From: Alphaproteobacteria bacterium
Lineage (GTDB): Bacteria > Pseudomonadota > Alphaproteobacteria > UBA7887
Assembly (NCBI GenBank): GCA_028289725.1
Contig: JANQOH010000396.1
Location: 1 to 59,835, forward strand
DNA length: 59,835 nt
Direction of reading: 5' to 3'
Part shown: positions 1 through 8,544 of the stretch, piece by piece
How the letters are laid out: each line of letters opens with the position of its first letter
How positions within the stretch are numbered: position 1 is the stretch's first letter
Program-made: the position numbers and the translations under genes
The notes under the pieces: model-generated
What the model was told of the DNA's origin: nothing
The model's database searches: none
What the model saw: the letters and a program-made list of their open reading frames with translations, nothing else

Positions 1-1011
1 GACTTGGATCAACTGCGTGCGCGCCGGGCCGATTTGCGGCTCCGTGCCGAGAGGCTGCGCGCCTTCGCGTCCGAACGCGCACCTGATTTCGAATCCGTGC
101 ACGACCCCTCGTTTGCCGGGTTGATCGACGACCAACGCGCGATCTATCGGGGTCAGATCGAAAGCCAAAAAGCGCAGCGCGCGGTCCTCGCGACGCAGAT
201 CGACCAGCGGAGCGCGGAACTGGCGGTTTTCGAAGAGCAGCAGAAGGCTGTGCAGGATCAGCTCGAAATCTTCGATGAGCAGATCGAAATCCGCGCGCGG
301 CTTGTCGAACAAGGCCTCGAGTCGCGCATGGCCTACTTGGAGACCCGGCGTCAACAGGCGCAGATGCTCGGTGAGCTGCAGCGGCTCATGGGCGAAATGG
401 TGGCGACCCAGAAGGCCCTTGCGGAAGCCGAAAGCCGCCTGTTGGATCTCGATGCAACCGCGCGTCACGATGCATTGGATCAATTGGGAACCATCGGGGC
501 CGAGCTTGCCCAGGTCGAAGAGGCCATCGTGAAGGCCGAGGATCAAGTACGCCGCTTGGACGTCCGCGCACCGATCCGGGGGCTCGTCCAAGACGTGCAA
601 TTTCAGACCATCGGTGCGGTGGTGCGGCCGGGCGGATTGTTGATGAGCATCGTTCCGGTTGACGATGTTCTGGAGGTTGAGGCTCGCGTTTCCACCAACG
701 ATGTCGGGCACATCAGCATCGGCCAACCGGTCGCTGTGAAGGTCGCGACTTACGATTTCGCGCGCTATGGCGCGATCGAGGGCGTTTTGCGCACCGTTTC
801 GCCTTCGACCTTCACAGATGATGCCGGAACGCCCTATTACAAAGCCTTGATTACACTCACCAAAAGCTATCTTGGCGAAGATCCGGCGCGGGACCAGGTG
901 CTGCCCGGTATGACCGTCCAAGCGGACGTGATTACCGGCGAGAAAACCATTCTCGAATATCTGCTCAAGCCCATCTATGTAGGGCTCGACCGCGCCCTGC
1001 GCGAACGCTAA
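1..1011 (+). CDS. HlyD-family type I secretion periplasmic adaptor (membrane fusion protein), C-terminal ~335 aa; 5' end lies outside the window
   Basis: The frame is open from the window edge. A long coiled-coil segment is followed by a beta-barrel part and the C-terminal tail LEYLLKPIYVGLDRALRER, as in HlyD/PrtE adaptors. A convergent RTX substrate gene lies next to it. Confidence 0.85.
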   Translation, partial: DLDQLRARRADLRLRAERLRAFASERAPDFESVHDPSFAGLIDDQRAIYRGQIESQKAQRAVLATQIDQRSAELAVFEEQQKAVQDQLEIFDEQIEIRARLVEQGLESRMAYLETRRQQAQMLGELQRLMGEMVATQKALAEAESRLLDLDATARHDALDQLGTIGAELAQVEEAIVKAEDQVRRLDVRAPIRGLVQDVQFQTIGAVVRPGGLLMSIVPVDDVLEVEARVSTNDVGHISIGQPVAVKVATYDFARYGAIEGVLRTVSPSTFTDDAGTPYYKALITLTKSYLGEDPARDQVLPGMTVQADVITGEKTILEYLLKPIYVGLDRALRER

Positions 1012-1044
1012 GACGCGCCCTCGCCTGTTTGGCGGGGCGCGTCT
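1011..1044. terminator. GC-rich hairpin between convergent HlyD and RTX genes (14 bp stem with one bulge, loop TGTTT), no clear U-tract
   Basis: agacgcgccc(t)cgcc-tgttt-ggcggggcgcgtct, paired by hand. It lies directly after the HlyD stop codon. Confidence 0.4.
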
Positions 1045-1101
1045 CGCGTCTTCGTGGGCGGCCGGGCGGATAAGCCTTCGGCCGCAGAATGATGCAGGCG
1101 C

Positions 1102-3993
1102 TTACCAGCTAATCTGTTCGGTGCTCGAGAACGTCAACTGGCTGCCATCGTCCAGCGTGATGGTGCCCGACGCGTCTTGGGCATCAAAGACGATGCTGTC
1201 GCCCGACTGCGTGTAGGACGCGTTCGTCGTGAGCGTCCAGCCGCTGCCGCTGTTGGGGCCGCCGGACACATCGCTCAATTCGACCGTGTCTGTCCAGCCG
1301 GAGCCGCCGCTGAAGCGGTCGCTGCCATCGCCGGCACCAAAGGTGAAGGTGTCGTCGCCGTCGCCGCCATAGCCACGATCGTTGCCGGCTCCGCCGTTGA
1401 TCGTATCGTTACCGGCATTGCCGTAGAGCCGATCATTGCCGCTGCCGCCGTTGATGACATCGCCTTCGGCGCTACCGTAGATGCGGTCGTTACCGCCACC
1501 GCCGTCGATGCTGCTGATGTTGTTCAGATCGGTGTTTGAGAAGTTGAGCGTGTTGTTGCCGCTCGTCCCGTGAATGGTCGTGCCGCCAGCCTGTCCGTTG
1601 ATGGTTTCGACGGTCGACGAGCCGCTGTAATAGCTCATGTTCAGATCGCTGGCGTTGGTGGCGTCAATGCTGTCATTGCCACCTTGACCATAGAACCGGT
1701 CCACGCCGTCACCCTGATTCACGACGAACGTATCGTCGCCGCCGCCGCCATAGAGACGGTCGTTGCCGGTGCCGCCGGTAATCGTGTCAGCTTCGGCGCT
1801 ACCGTAGATGCGGTCATTGCCGCCACCGCCATCGATATTGCTGATGTTGTTCAGGTCGGTGTTCGTGAAGTTGAGTGTGTTGTTGCCGCTGGTGCCGTTG
1901 ATTGTCGTGCCGCCGGCTTGACCGTCGATGGCCTCAACGGTCGAAGAGCCGTTGTAGTAGCTCATGTTCAGATCGCTGGCATTGGTGGCATCAATGCGGT
2001 CGTTGCCGCCCTGACCGTAGAAGCGGTCAACACCATCACCTTGATTCACGACGAAAGTGTCGTTGCCCGTGCCACCGTAGAGATAGTCGTTGCCGGTGCC
2101 GCCGGTGATGGTGTCGTTGCCCGATCCGCCGTAGAGGCGATCGTTACCGGCGCCGCCGGACAGATTGTCGTCGCCGGCATCGCCATAGACACGATCGTTA
2201 CCGGCATCACCGGACATCACATCATTGTCCGCGCCGCCATACATTCGGTCATTGCCGTCACCGCCGGACATGTTGTCGGCGCCTGCCTCACCATACATGC
2301 GGTCGCTGCCGGATCCGCCATCCATATTGTCGTCGCCGGCACGACCATAGAGACGGTCGTTGCCGCTGCCGCCGCTGATGGTGTCGGCGTCCGCGCTGCC
2401 ATAGATGCGGTCGTGACCGGCACCGCCATCGATGTTGCTGATGTTGTTCAGGTCGGTGTTGGAGAAGTTGAGCGTGTTGTTGCCGCTCGTCCCGTTGATG
2501 GTCGTGCCGCCGACCTGACCGTTGATGGTTTCGACAGTCGAGGAGCCATTGTAGTAGCTCATGTTCAGGTCATTGGCGTTGGTGGCGTCAATCGTGTCGT
2601 TGCCGCCCTGGCCATAGAACCGGTCAACGCCGTCACCCTGATTCACGACGAAGGTGTCGTTGCCGCTACCGCCGACGAAATAGTCGTTGCCGGTGCCGCC
2701 GGTGATGGTGTCGTTGCCCGATCCGCCGTAGAGGCGATCGTTACCGGCGCCGCCTGACAGGTCATCGTTGCCAGCATCGCCATAGACACGGTCGTTGCCG
2801 GACCCGCCATTCATGATGTCGTTGCCGTTGCCGCCATAGAGGCGGTCATTGCCGGCATCGCCATTCATCACATCATTGCCGTTCTGACCATACAGCCGGT
2901 CATTGCCGGTGCCGCCGGACATGGTGTCGTTACCATTGCCGCCGACCAAAATGTCATTGCCGGCATCACCGCTCATTTGGTCATTGCCGTCTTGACCATA
3001 GAGACGGTCATTGCCGCTGCCGCCGGACATATCGTCGTTGCCATCTTGGCCATAGAGCCGGTCGCGGCCGCTACCACCGGACATCGAGTCATCGCCGGTG
3101 CCGCCAGCAAGGTAGTCGTTGCCGCTGCCGCCGGACATGGTATCGGCGCCCGCCTCGCCATAGAGGCGGTCGCTGCCGCTGCCGCCGTCGATGGAATCAT
3201 CGCCGGCACGGCCATAGATGCGGTCGTTGCCGCCGCCACCATCAATGGCGTCGCCATCCCCGGTGCCGTACAAGCGATCGCCGCCACCGGTGCCGTTGAT
3301 CGCGTTCAACGCCGGCGCCACAGGGGCAGGAGGCACAGGCGCAGGCGCCACGGGCACAGGCCCAGCGACGGCCTCTGCCACCTCAGCATTCGGTTCGCCG
3401 CCGACAAAATCAGCTGGGGCGCTTGGCGCGCCGGTTACCGGCTGGGCCTCACCGGCCGGACTAGTGACGCTTTGAGCCGTGGAAGGCGCGTCCAGGTCAC
3501 CTTCGCGGCCGCCGGCCGCCGCACCGCTGGGCTCATTGGCTTGACCGCGTGCAGCAGCAGCGCTCGGTTCATCCGGCGACGGCGCACCCGGCCCGGAATC
3601 AGCCGCCTCGCGACCTTGCGCACTTAGGTCCGGAGGCGTGTCACCGACCGTGTCCGGGTCCGGCAAGACATTGACGCCATCACCGTCTTCGATCGGCGCA
3701 TCATAATCGTCCGTGTCATTCTCCGCGCCCGGGGCGCCCGTCTGAAACGCGTCGCCGCCGTCAGAGCGAACATCGCCTTGATGCACGGTGGTTAGGTTCG
3801 AGGCGACATTATCGTCTGAAGGGACGGCCTCAGCCTGGTTGAATTGAACCTCTGTCCGACGCGCCCCGGCCTCGCGCAGCGTCATCAGATCGTCCGTAAG
3901 AGCTTCATCAGGGATCGGTCGATTGCTGTCAGCCATGCTTCCTACTTTCGTCGCCATCGCTCGGTTTCCCGAGCTGATCCGCGATCCCGCCAT
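1102..3993 (-). CDS. RTX (repeats-in-toxin) calcium-binding protein, probable type I secretion substrate
   Basis: Dozens of GGxGxDxxx nonapeptides (GGSGNDRLYG, GDAGNDRVYG...). The N-terminal ~230 aa are acidic and Pro/Ala-rich, and the non-repeat C-terminal ~80 aa could carry the T1SS signal. The start is uncertain: ATG at 3993, 3957 (GGGAAA 7 nt upstream) or 3936. Confidence 0.9.
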   Translation of the reverse strand: MAGSRISSGNRAMATKVGSMADSNRPIPDEALTDDLMTLREAGARRTEVQFNQAEAVPSDDNVASNLTTVHQGDVRSDGGDAFQTGAPGAENDTDDYDAPIEDGDGVNVLPDPDTVGDTPPDLSAQGREAADSGPGAPSPDEPSAAAARGQANEPSGAAAGGREGDLDAPSTAQSVTSPAGEAQPVTGAPSAPADFVGGEPNAEVAEAVAGPVPVAPAPVPPAPVAPALNAINGTGGGDRLYGTGDGDAIDGGGGNDRIYGRAGDDSIDGGSGSDRLYGEAGADTMSGGSGNDYLAGGTGDDSMSGGSGRDRLYGQDGNDDMSGGSGNDRLYGQDGNDQMSGDAGNDILVGGNGNDTMSGGTGNDRLYGQNGNDVMNGDAGNDRLYGGNGNDIMNGGSGNDRVYGDAGNDDLSGGAGNDRLYGGSGNDTITGGTGNDYFVGGSGNDTFVVNQGDGVDRFYGQGGNDTIDATNANDLNMSYYNGSSTVETINGQVGGTTINGTSGNNTLNFSNTDLNNISNIDGGAGHDRIYGSADADTISGGSGNDRLYGRAGDDNMDGGSGSDRMYGEAGADNMSGGDGNDRMYGGADNDVMSGDAGNDRVYGDAGDDNLSGGAGNDRLYGGSGNDTITGGTGNDYLYGGTGNDTFVVNQGDGVDRFYGQGGNDRIDATNASDLNMSYYNGSSTVEAIDGQAGGTTINGTSGNNTLNFTNTDLNNISNIDGGGGNDRIYGSAEADTITGGTGNDRLYGGGGDDTFVVNQGDGVDRFYGQGGNDSIDATNASDLNMSYYSGSSTVETINGQAGGTTIHGTSGNNTLNFSNTDLNNISSIDGGGGNDRIYGSAEGDVINGGSGNDRLYGNAGNDTINGGAGNDRGYGGDGDDTFTFGAGDGSDRFSGGSGWTDTVELSDVSGGPNSGSGWTLTTNASYTQSGDSIVFDAQDASGTITLDDGSQLTFSSTEQISW
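1498..2655 (-). repeat. Three near-identical 234-bp (78-aa) non-nonapeptide modules inside the RTX gene (1498-1731, 1825-2058, 2422-2655), plus a ~450-bp segmental duplication with 597-bp period
   Basis: The protein module TFVVNQGDGVDRFYGQGGND.IDATNA.DLNMSYY.GSSTVE.I.GQ.GGTTI.GTSGNNTLNF.NTDLNNIS.IDGG occurs at residues 447-524, 646-723 and 755-832. The flanking stretch GDAGNDRVYGDAG.D.LSGGAGNDRLYGGSGNDTITGGTGNDY is also duplicated. Confidence 0.85.
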
Positions 3994-4101
3994 TCCCGGA
4001 TTGAAATGAAAACCCGGCGCTCAACTGAGGTGTCGGCGCACTACGTCGTAGGTTGCTATATGGACTGTAACGATTCGACGGTTCAGGGATTCTCCTAGGA
4101 T

Positions 4102-4117
4102 TGTGACGGGAATCACA
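4102..4117. promoter_or_regulatory. Perfect CRP/FNR-family-type palindrome TGTGA-CGGGAA-TCACA in the divergent RTX / dapA-like intergenic region
   Basis: Read directly: ttGTGAcgggaaTCACat. It lies 110-175 nt upstream of the candidate RTX start codons and 236 nt upstream of the ATG at 4346. Confidence 0.35.
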
Positions 4118-4345
4118 TTTGGGCCAAATTTGCGGCGCGACTCCATCGATTGTTGCACTGCACTACGGCATCCGATGCCCCTTCCGGTTGTGTTTTCCGA
4201 CGAAATTATTTCGCCGGTGCCTGTCGTTACGCCGCCGTCGTGATGCATATGGCTGAGGTGTCGCATGGCATGTAGCGACTATCGACACCGGGCATCCCGA
4301 GGTATGATGAGGGCCTCAAGCGCATGGATGTAGTGGAGCAAGGCG

Positions 4346-5311
4346 ATGAGGCGTTTTAACGACTTCGAGCCCAAGGGCGTGATTCCGGCGACGTTGCTCG
4401 CCGTCAACGAGGATTACAGCATCGATGAGGCCGCGACCCGCAAACATCTGCGCGACTGTGCATTGGTGCCTGGCGTCTCGGCGGCCACGGTCAACGGGCA
4501 TGCGTCCGAGGTTCACGCCTGCACGTTTGAGGAGCAGCGGCGGATTCTCGACGCCTCGCTTGACGAGGTTGGCGATGAGGTACCGCTGATCAACGGCGTC
4601 TATGCCGACGGTAGCCACGAAGCAGCCCGGATCGCGCGCATGGCGGATGACGCCGGGGCGTCCTGCTTATTGGTGTTTCCGCCTCAGAGCATGACCATGG
4701 GTGGTCAAATGCGGCCGGAAATGGCGCTGGCGCATTTCAAAACCATCGCCGATGCAACTGATTTGCCGATCATCGTGTTCGAGTATCCGATGACGTCGGG
4801 CCTCGGATATCCGTTTGATACGCTTCTGAAATTATTTGACGAAGTGCCGACCATCCGCGCCATCAAGGATTGGTGCGCGGACCCGATGTTGCACGAGAAA
4901 CATACGCGCACGTTCCAAGCCTTGCCGCGGCCGATCAACGTGCTGACCACCCATAGCGCTTGGCTTATGAGTTCTCTGGTCATGGGTGCCAACGGGCTGC
5001 TGTCGGGCGCGGGCAGCGTCATTTCCGACCTTCAGGTGGCCCTTTTCGAAGCGGTCCAGGCCAAGGATCTCGCCCGCGCGCAAGCGATCAACGATCGTAT
5101 CGTTCCGCTTACGCAAGCGTTCTACGCGCCGCCGTTCCTCGACATGCACAATCGCATGAAGGAATGCCTGGTGCTGCTTGGGCGTCTCGACAAGGCCGTG
5201 GTACGCCCGCCATTGATGAAGCTGCACGACGCTGAGATTCAAGGATTGGCGGCGGCCCTTGAGGCAGCTGGCATTGGACAAGAGGGTGCTCTGGCGCTTG
5301 CCGCTGAGTAA
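4346..5311 (+). CDS. Dihydrodipicolinate synthase/N-acetylneuraminate lyase family (DapA-like) class I aldolase
   Basis: 321 aa with a TIM-barrel aldolase layout. A Schiff-base lysine context (TIRAIKDW) is present, and the N-terminal region is collinear with the DHDPS family. GGAG lies 9 nt before the ATG. Confidence 0.8.
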   Translation: MRRFNDFEPKGVIPATLLAVNEDYSIDEAATRKHLRDCALVPGVSAATVNGHASEVHACTFEEQRRILDASLDEVGDEVPLINGVYADGSHEAARIARMADDAGASCLLVFPPQSMTMGGQMRPEMALAHFKTIADATDLPIIVFEYPMTSGLGYPFDTLLKLFDEVPTIRAIKDWCADPMLHEKHTRTFQALPRPINVLTTHSAWLMSSLVMGANGLLSGAGSVISDLQVALFEAVQAKDLARAQAINDRIVPLTQAFYAPPFLDMHNRMKECLVLLGRLDKAVVRPPLMKLHDAEIQGLAAALEAAGIGQEGALALAAE

Positions 5312-5357
5312 AGGTTAGCCCCTCTCAACCTGGCTGTTTCCGGCAGCGCTGCGGCTG

Positions 5358-7082
5358 ATGTCCGGTCTGTTCGCGCCTGGAATGATCGGCTCGGTGCGGA
5401 TCCCGAACCGCATCGTCATGCCGTCCATGACCACACGGTCCGCAGACGCGGATGGGTTCGTCACCGACGACACAATCGCCTACTTCGTGGCCCGCGCCCG
5501 CGGTGGCACCGGCCTGATCACGGTCGAAATGGCGTCACCCGAGAAAGCCGGCCGACACCGGCATCACGAACTCGGGATATACGACGACAAGTTCCTGCCT
5601 GGCTTGCGCCGGCTGGTCGACGCCATCCACGAAGCCGGGGCGCGGGCTGCGATACAGCTTGGCCATGGCGGCGGCCATACGCGGCGGGACATATGCGGCG
5701 AAACGCCCGTCGCTCCATCCGCGGTGCCTCACGGCGTATTTGAACGCACGTTCGAAACGATCGTGCCGCAAGCAATGAGCCGAGACCGGGTCGCAGAGGC
5801 CGTTCAAGCGTTTGTGGACGCCGCCAAGCGCGCCGCGCGCGCCGGCTTTGACATTGTCGAGATCCACGCCGCGCACGGCTATCTCATTTCACAGTTCCTA
5901 TGTCCGGCCGAGAACAAGCGGCAGGACGAATATGGCGGATCACTGGAAAACCGCGCTCGTTTCGGTCTCGACATCTTGCACGGCATAAAGACCGAAGTGC
6001 CCGACATCGCAGTGATCTTCAGACTCACGGTCGAGGACTACTTCGCCCAGGGCATGCCGTTGCGCGATGGCATCCAAGTGGCCGAATGGGCTGCGGCGAA
6101 TGGGGCCGATGCGGTCCATGTAACAGCCGGGCACTATCGCTCCGATTTCCCAGCGATGATGATCCCGCCGATGATCATTCCGGATGCGCCGTTTCTAGAT
6201 TTTGCGGCTCAGGTCAAAGCTAAGGTCAATGTCCCGGTCATCGCGGTCGGAAGACTGGGCGATCCGTCCGTTGCCGCGGCCGCGATCACCGACGGCAAAG
6301 CAGATTTCATCGCACTTGGCCGCAGCTTGCTTGCCGACGAAAACTGGCCAAACAAGGTACGCGACGGTGGGCCTGTTCGCCGCTGCTTGGCCTGCAATAG
6401 TTGCGTGGACGGCATGCGCGGCGGTGAGAAACTCGCCTGCATCATCAATGCGCGGGCGGTGCGCGAACGGGCGTTCGCCGGTTGTGAGCCGTCGCAAGGC
6501 GAGACGATCGCGGTGATCGGCGCGGGCCCCGCGGGTCTGACTTACGCGTCGCTCGTCGCACCGGGCAATGATGTGACAGTCTTCGAACGCCAGCCCGAAG
6601 TCGGCGGGGCGCTGCGCTTAGCGGCTAAAGCGCCATTGTTCCAGGATGTGGCAACAAAAGAGGAGAATTTCCTCATATATCTGGATTCTTTGGTTGAGAC
6701 CTGCCGTCGCGGCGGCGTCAAATTCCGAATGGGGACTGATGCGACACGCTTGGCAGGTGATCTGAAGCAATATGACCGTCTGGTCATCGCGACAGGCGCT
6801 TCCTACCGCTTTGGTATGGGTCCGCTCGTTGGTTGGATGCTTCGGAGCGGCATGGGACATTGGCCCATGTTCAAGAAAATTCTGAGCAATCCCAAACTAA
6901 GGAATTGGTTTTATTACAAGGCGCGTGGCGGCACTTCAGTGAATTTTGAGCAGTTGGCGCGTCCTGGACAGACCATCACGGTTCTCGGCGACGCGGCGAC
7001 GCCGGCGAAAACCAAAGACGCCGTGGCGAGTGCGTTCGAGGCCGCCCTGCAGGTCGAGGTCTCCGAACCCCACAACCGCTGA
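5358..7082 (+). CDS. Old-yellow-enzyme-type NADH:flavin oxidoreductase with Fe-S linker and FAD/NAD(P)-binding domain (2,4-dienoyl-CoA reductase-like)
   Basis: N-terminal OYE TIM barrel (IPNRIVMPSMTT..., HAAHGYLISQFL). Cys cluster RRCLACNSCVDG. Rossmann dinucleotide motif IAVIGAGPAGLTYA. Confidence 0.85.
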   Translation: MSGLFAPGMIGSVRIPNRIVMPSMTTRSADADGFVTDDTIAYFVARARGGTGLITVEMASPEKAGRHRHHELGIYDDKFLPGLRRLVDAIHEAGARAAIQLGHGGGHTRRDICGETPVAPSAVPHGVFERTFETIVPQAMSRDRVAEAVQAFVDAAKRAARAGFDIVEIHAAHGYLISQFLCPAENKRQDEYGGSLENRARFGLDILHGIKTEVPDIAVIFRLTVEDYFAQGMPLRDGIQVAEWAAANGADAVHVTAGHYRSDFPAMMIPPMIIPDAPFLDFAAQVKAKVNVPVIAVGRLGDPSVAAAAITDGKADFIALGRSLLADENWPNKVRDGGPVRRCLACNSCVDGMRGGEKLACIINARAVRERAFAGCEPSQGETIAVIGAGPAGLTYASLVAPGNDVTVFERQPEVGGALRLAAKAPLFQDVATKEENFLIYLDSLVETCRRGGVKFRMGTDATRLAGDLKQYDRLVIATGASYRFGMGPLVGWMLRSGMGHWPMFKKILSNPKLRNWFYYKARGGTSVNFEQLARPGQTITVLGDAATPAKTKDAVASAFEAALQVEVSEPHNR

Positions 7083-7210
7083 ACTCCCGCGATAACCCCG
7101 TTATCAGGACGGGTCCTCTCAGCTACAGTATGCATGAGAGTGAACGGTCGGTCTATTGCCGGCCGAACAAGGACAGCGGCCAGCGCTGCGATGGGGAGAG
7201 GATATCGGTT

Positions 7211-8350
7211 ATGTCAGATAAGGTGACGAAGCAGGGAAAACCGAGCAAAAGTGGCCGTGCCGCAAGCAGCCGGCGCGGCTTCCTTAAGGGCGCTGTCGCC
7301 GGCGCGGCGGCATCCACCGCGGTTGCGGCGCCGGCCATCGCGCAGGGCAAGGTGCGGTGGAAAATGGTCACCACCTGGCCAAAGAACTTCCCCGGCGTGG
7401 GCATCGCCGCGCAACGCATCGCGGATCGGATTACCGCCATGTCCGACGGTCAGCTGGAAATCAAGCTGTTCGCCGCCGGCGAACTCGTTCCGGCGTTCGA
7501 AATGTTTGATGCTGTTCGGGACGGCATCGCGCAATGCGGCCATGACGCTCCCTATTACTGGGTGGCAAAGCATAAATCGACACCGTTCTTCTGCACGGTT
7601 CCGGGCGGCCTGACGCCGGTGGAACAGATGGGCTGGATTCAGCACGGTGGCGGCCAGGAATTGTGGGATGAGCTCTATGGTCGTTTCGGATTGCGCGCCT
7701 GGATCGGCGGCAATGCCGGCATGCAGTTCATGGGTTGGTTCAAGAACGAGATTAATTCGCTAGCCGACCTCCAGGGCCTCAAGATCCGCATGGCTGGCCT
7801 CCATGCCGAAGTGTTTAACCGGATGGGCGCGACCGCGGTGAATCTTCCCGGCGGCGAAATTATGCCCGCGCTGCAGTCTGGCGTGATTGATGCGGCCGAA
7901 TGGGGCGGCCCGTGGATGGATGTCGCCTTCGGCTTCTACAAAGTTGTGACGCATTGCTATGGCCCGACGGCGCACGAGCCCGGCGCCATGAACTCCTTCA
8001 CGGTCAATCTCGAAGCCTATGAGGACCTTCCGAAGCATCTGCAAGAGGTGGTGCGTTACGGCGCCCTGGCTGAGGTGGCGAACTTGCTTGGCGAGTTCAA
8101 CGCGCTTAATGCCGTCTCGCTGGAGTCCATGAAAGAGAAATACAATGTGACGCCCGGCATCTTCCCGGACGATGTATTGAACGCCTGGTTCGAGAAGAGT
8201 GCTGAGGTGAATGCCGAGGCCGCGCAGGAGGATGACCTCGCGCAGCGCATCTATGACAGTTGGTCGGCGTATCGTGAACGTGCGATCGCGCTGGCACCTT
8301 ATGCGGACTACGGCTTCATGAAGGCTCGCGAACGCGCTGCTATCGGTTGA
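7211..8350 (+). CDS. TRAP transporter solute-binding protein (DctP family) with twin-arginine signal peptide
   Basis: SRRGFLKGAVAGAAASTAVAAPAIAQG is followed by a DctP-type fold. ATG 7211 is preferred over the ORF-track start at 7130 because it immediately precedes the signal peptide. It is a paralogue of 42842-43924. Confidence 0.85.
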   Translation: MSDKVTKQGKPSKSGRAASSRRGFLKGAVAGAAASTAVAAPAIAQGKVRWKMVTTWPKNFPGVGIAAQRIADRITAMSDGQLEIKLFAAGELVPAFEMFDAVRDGIAQCGHDAPYYWVAKHKSTPFFCTVPGGLTPVEQMGWIQHGGGQELWDELYGRFGLRAWIGGNAGMQFMGWFKNEINSLADLQGLKIRMAGLHAEVFNRMGATAVNLPGGEIMPALQSGVIDAAEWGGPWMDVAFGFYKVVTHCYGPTAHEPGAMNSFTVNLEAYEDLPKHLQEVVRYGALAEVANLLGEFNALNAVSLESMKEKYNVTPGIFPDDVLNAWFEKSAEVNAEAAQEDDLAQRIYDSWSAYRERAIALAPYADYGFMKARERAAIG

Positions 8351-8544
8351 TATTCAAGGACTTCCGGGCGGAACGTCCGAGCGACTGCCCGCTCGGCGGC
8401 TGCCGGCTTGGTTGTTGCGATCGCGAGAATGTCGGCAGAATCCCTACGGCGCGATACCCCGCTTGACGATTTGGGGGCTTGGCTGCGATTGTCGAACGGC
8501 GGCGGGGCCTAAAAAGCAGCGGTGCGATAGGCCGTTCTGAGACG

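Noticed and set aside
1570-2757. 395-aa plus-strand ORF, along with 1177-1539, 2977-3627 and other ORFs antisense to the RTX gene
   Set aside because: These are Ala/Val/Gly/Ile low-complexity translations of the reverse strand of GC-rich nonapeptide repeats. They show no start context or motifs, and the minus-strand RTX reading is unambiguous.
1102-3993. Regularly spaced short DNA repeats that could be mistaken for a CRISPR-like array
   Set aside because: The periodicity is 27 nt in frame and encodes GGxGxDxxx nonapeptides. There are no unique spacers and no cas genes.
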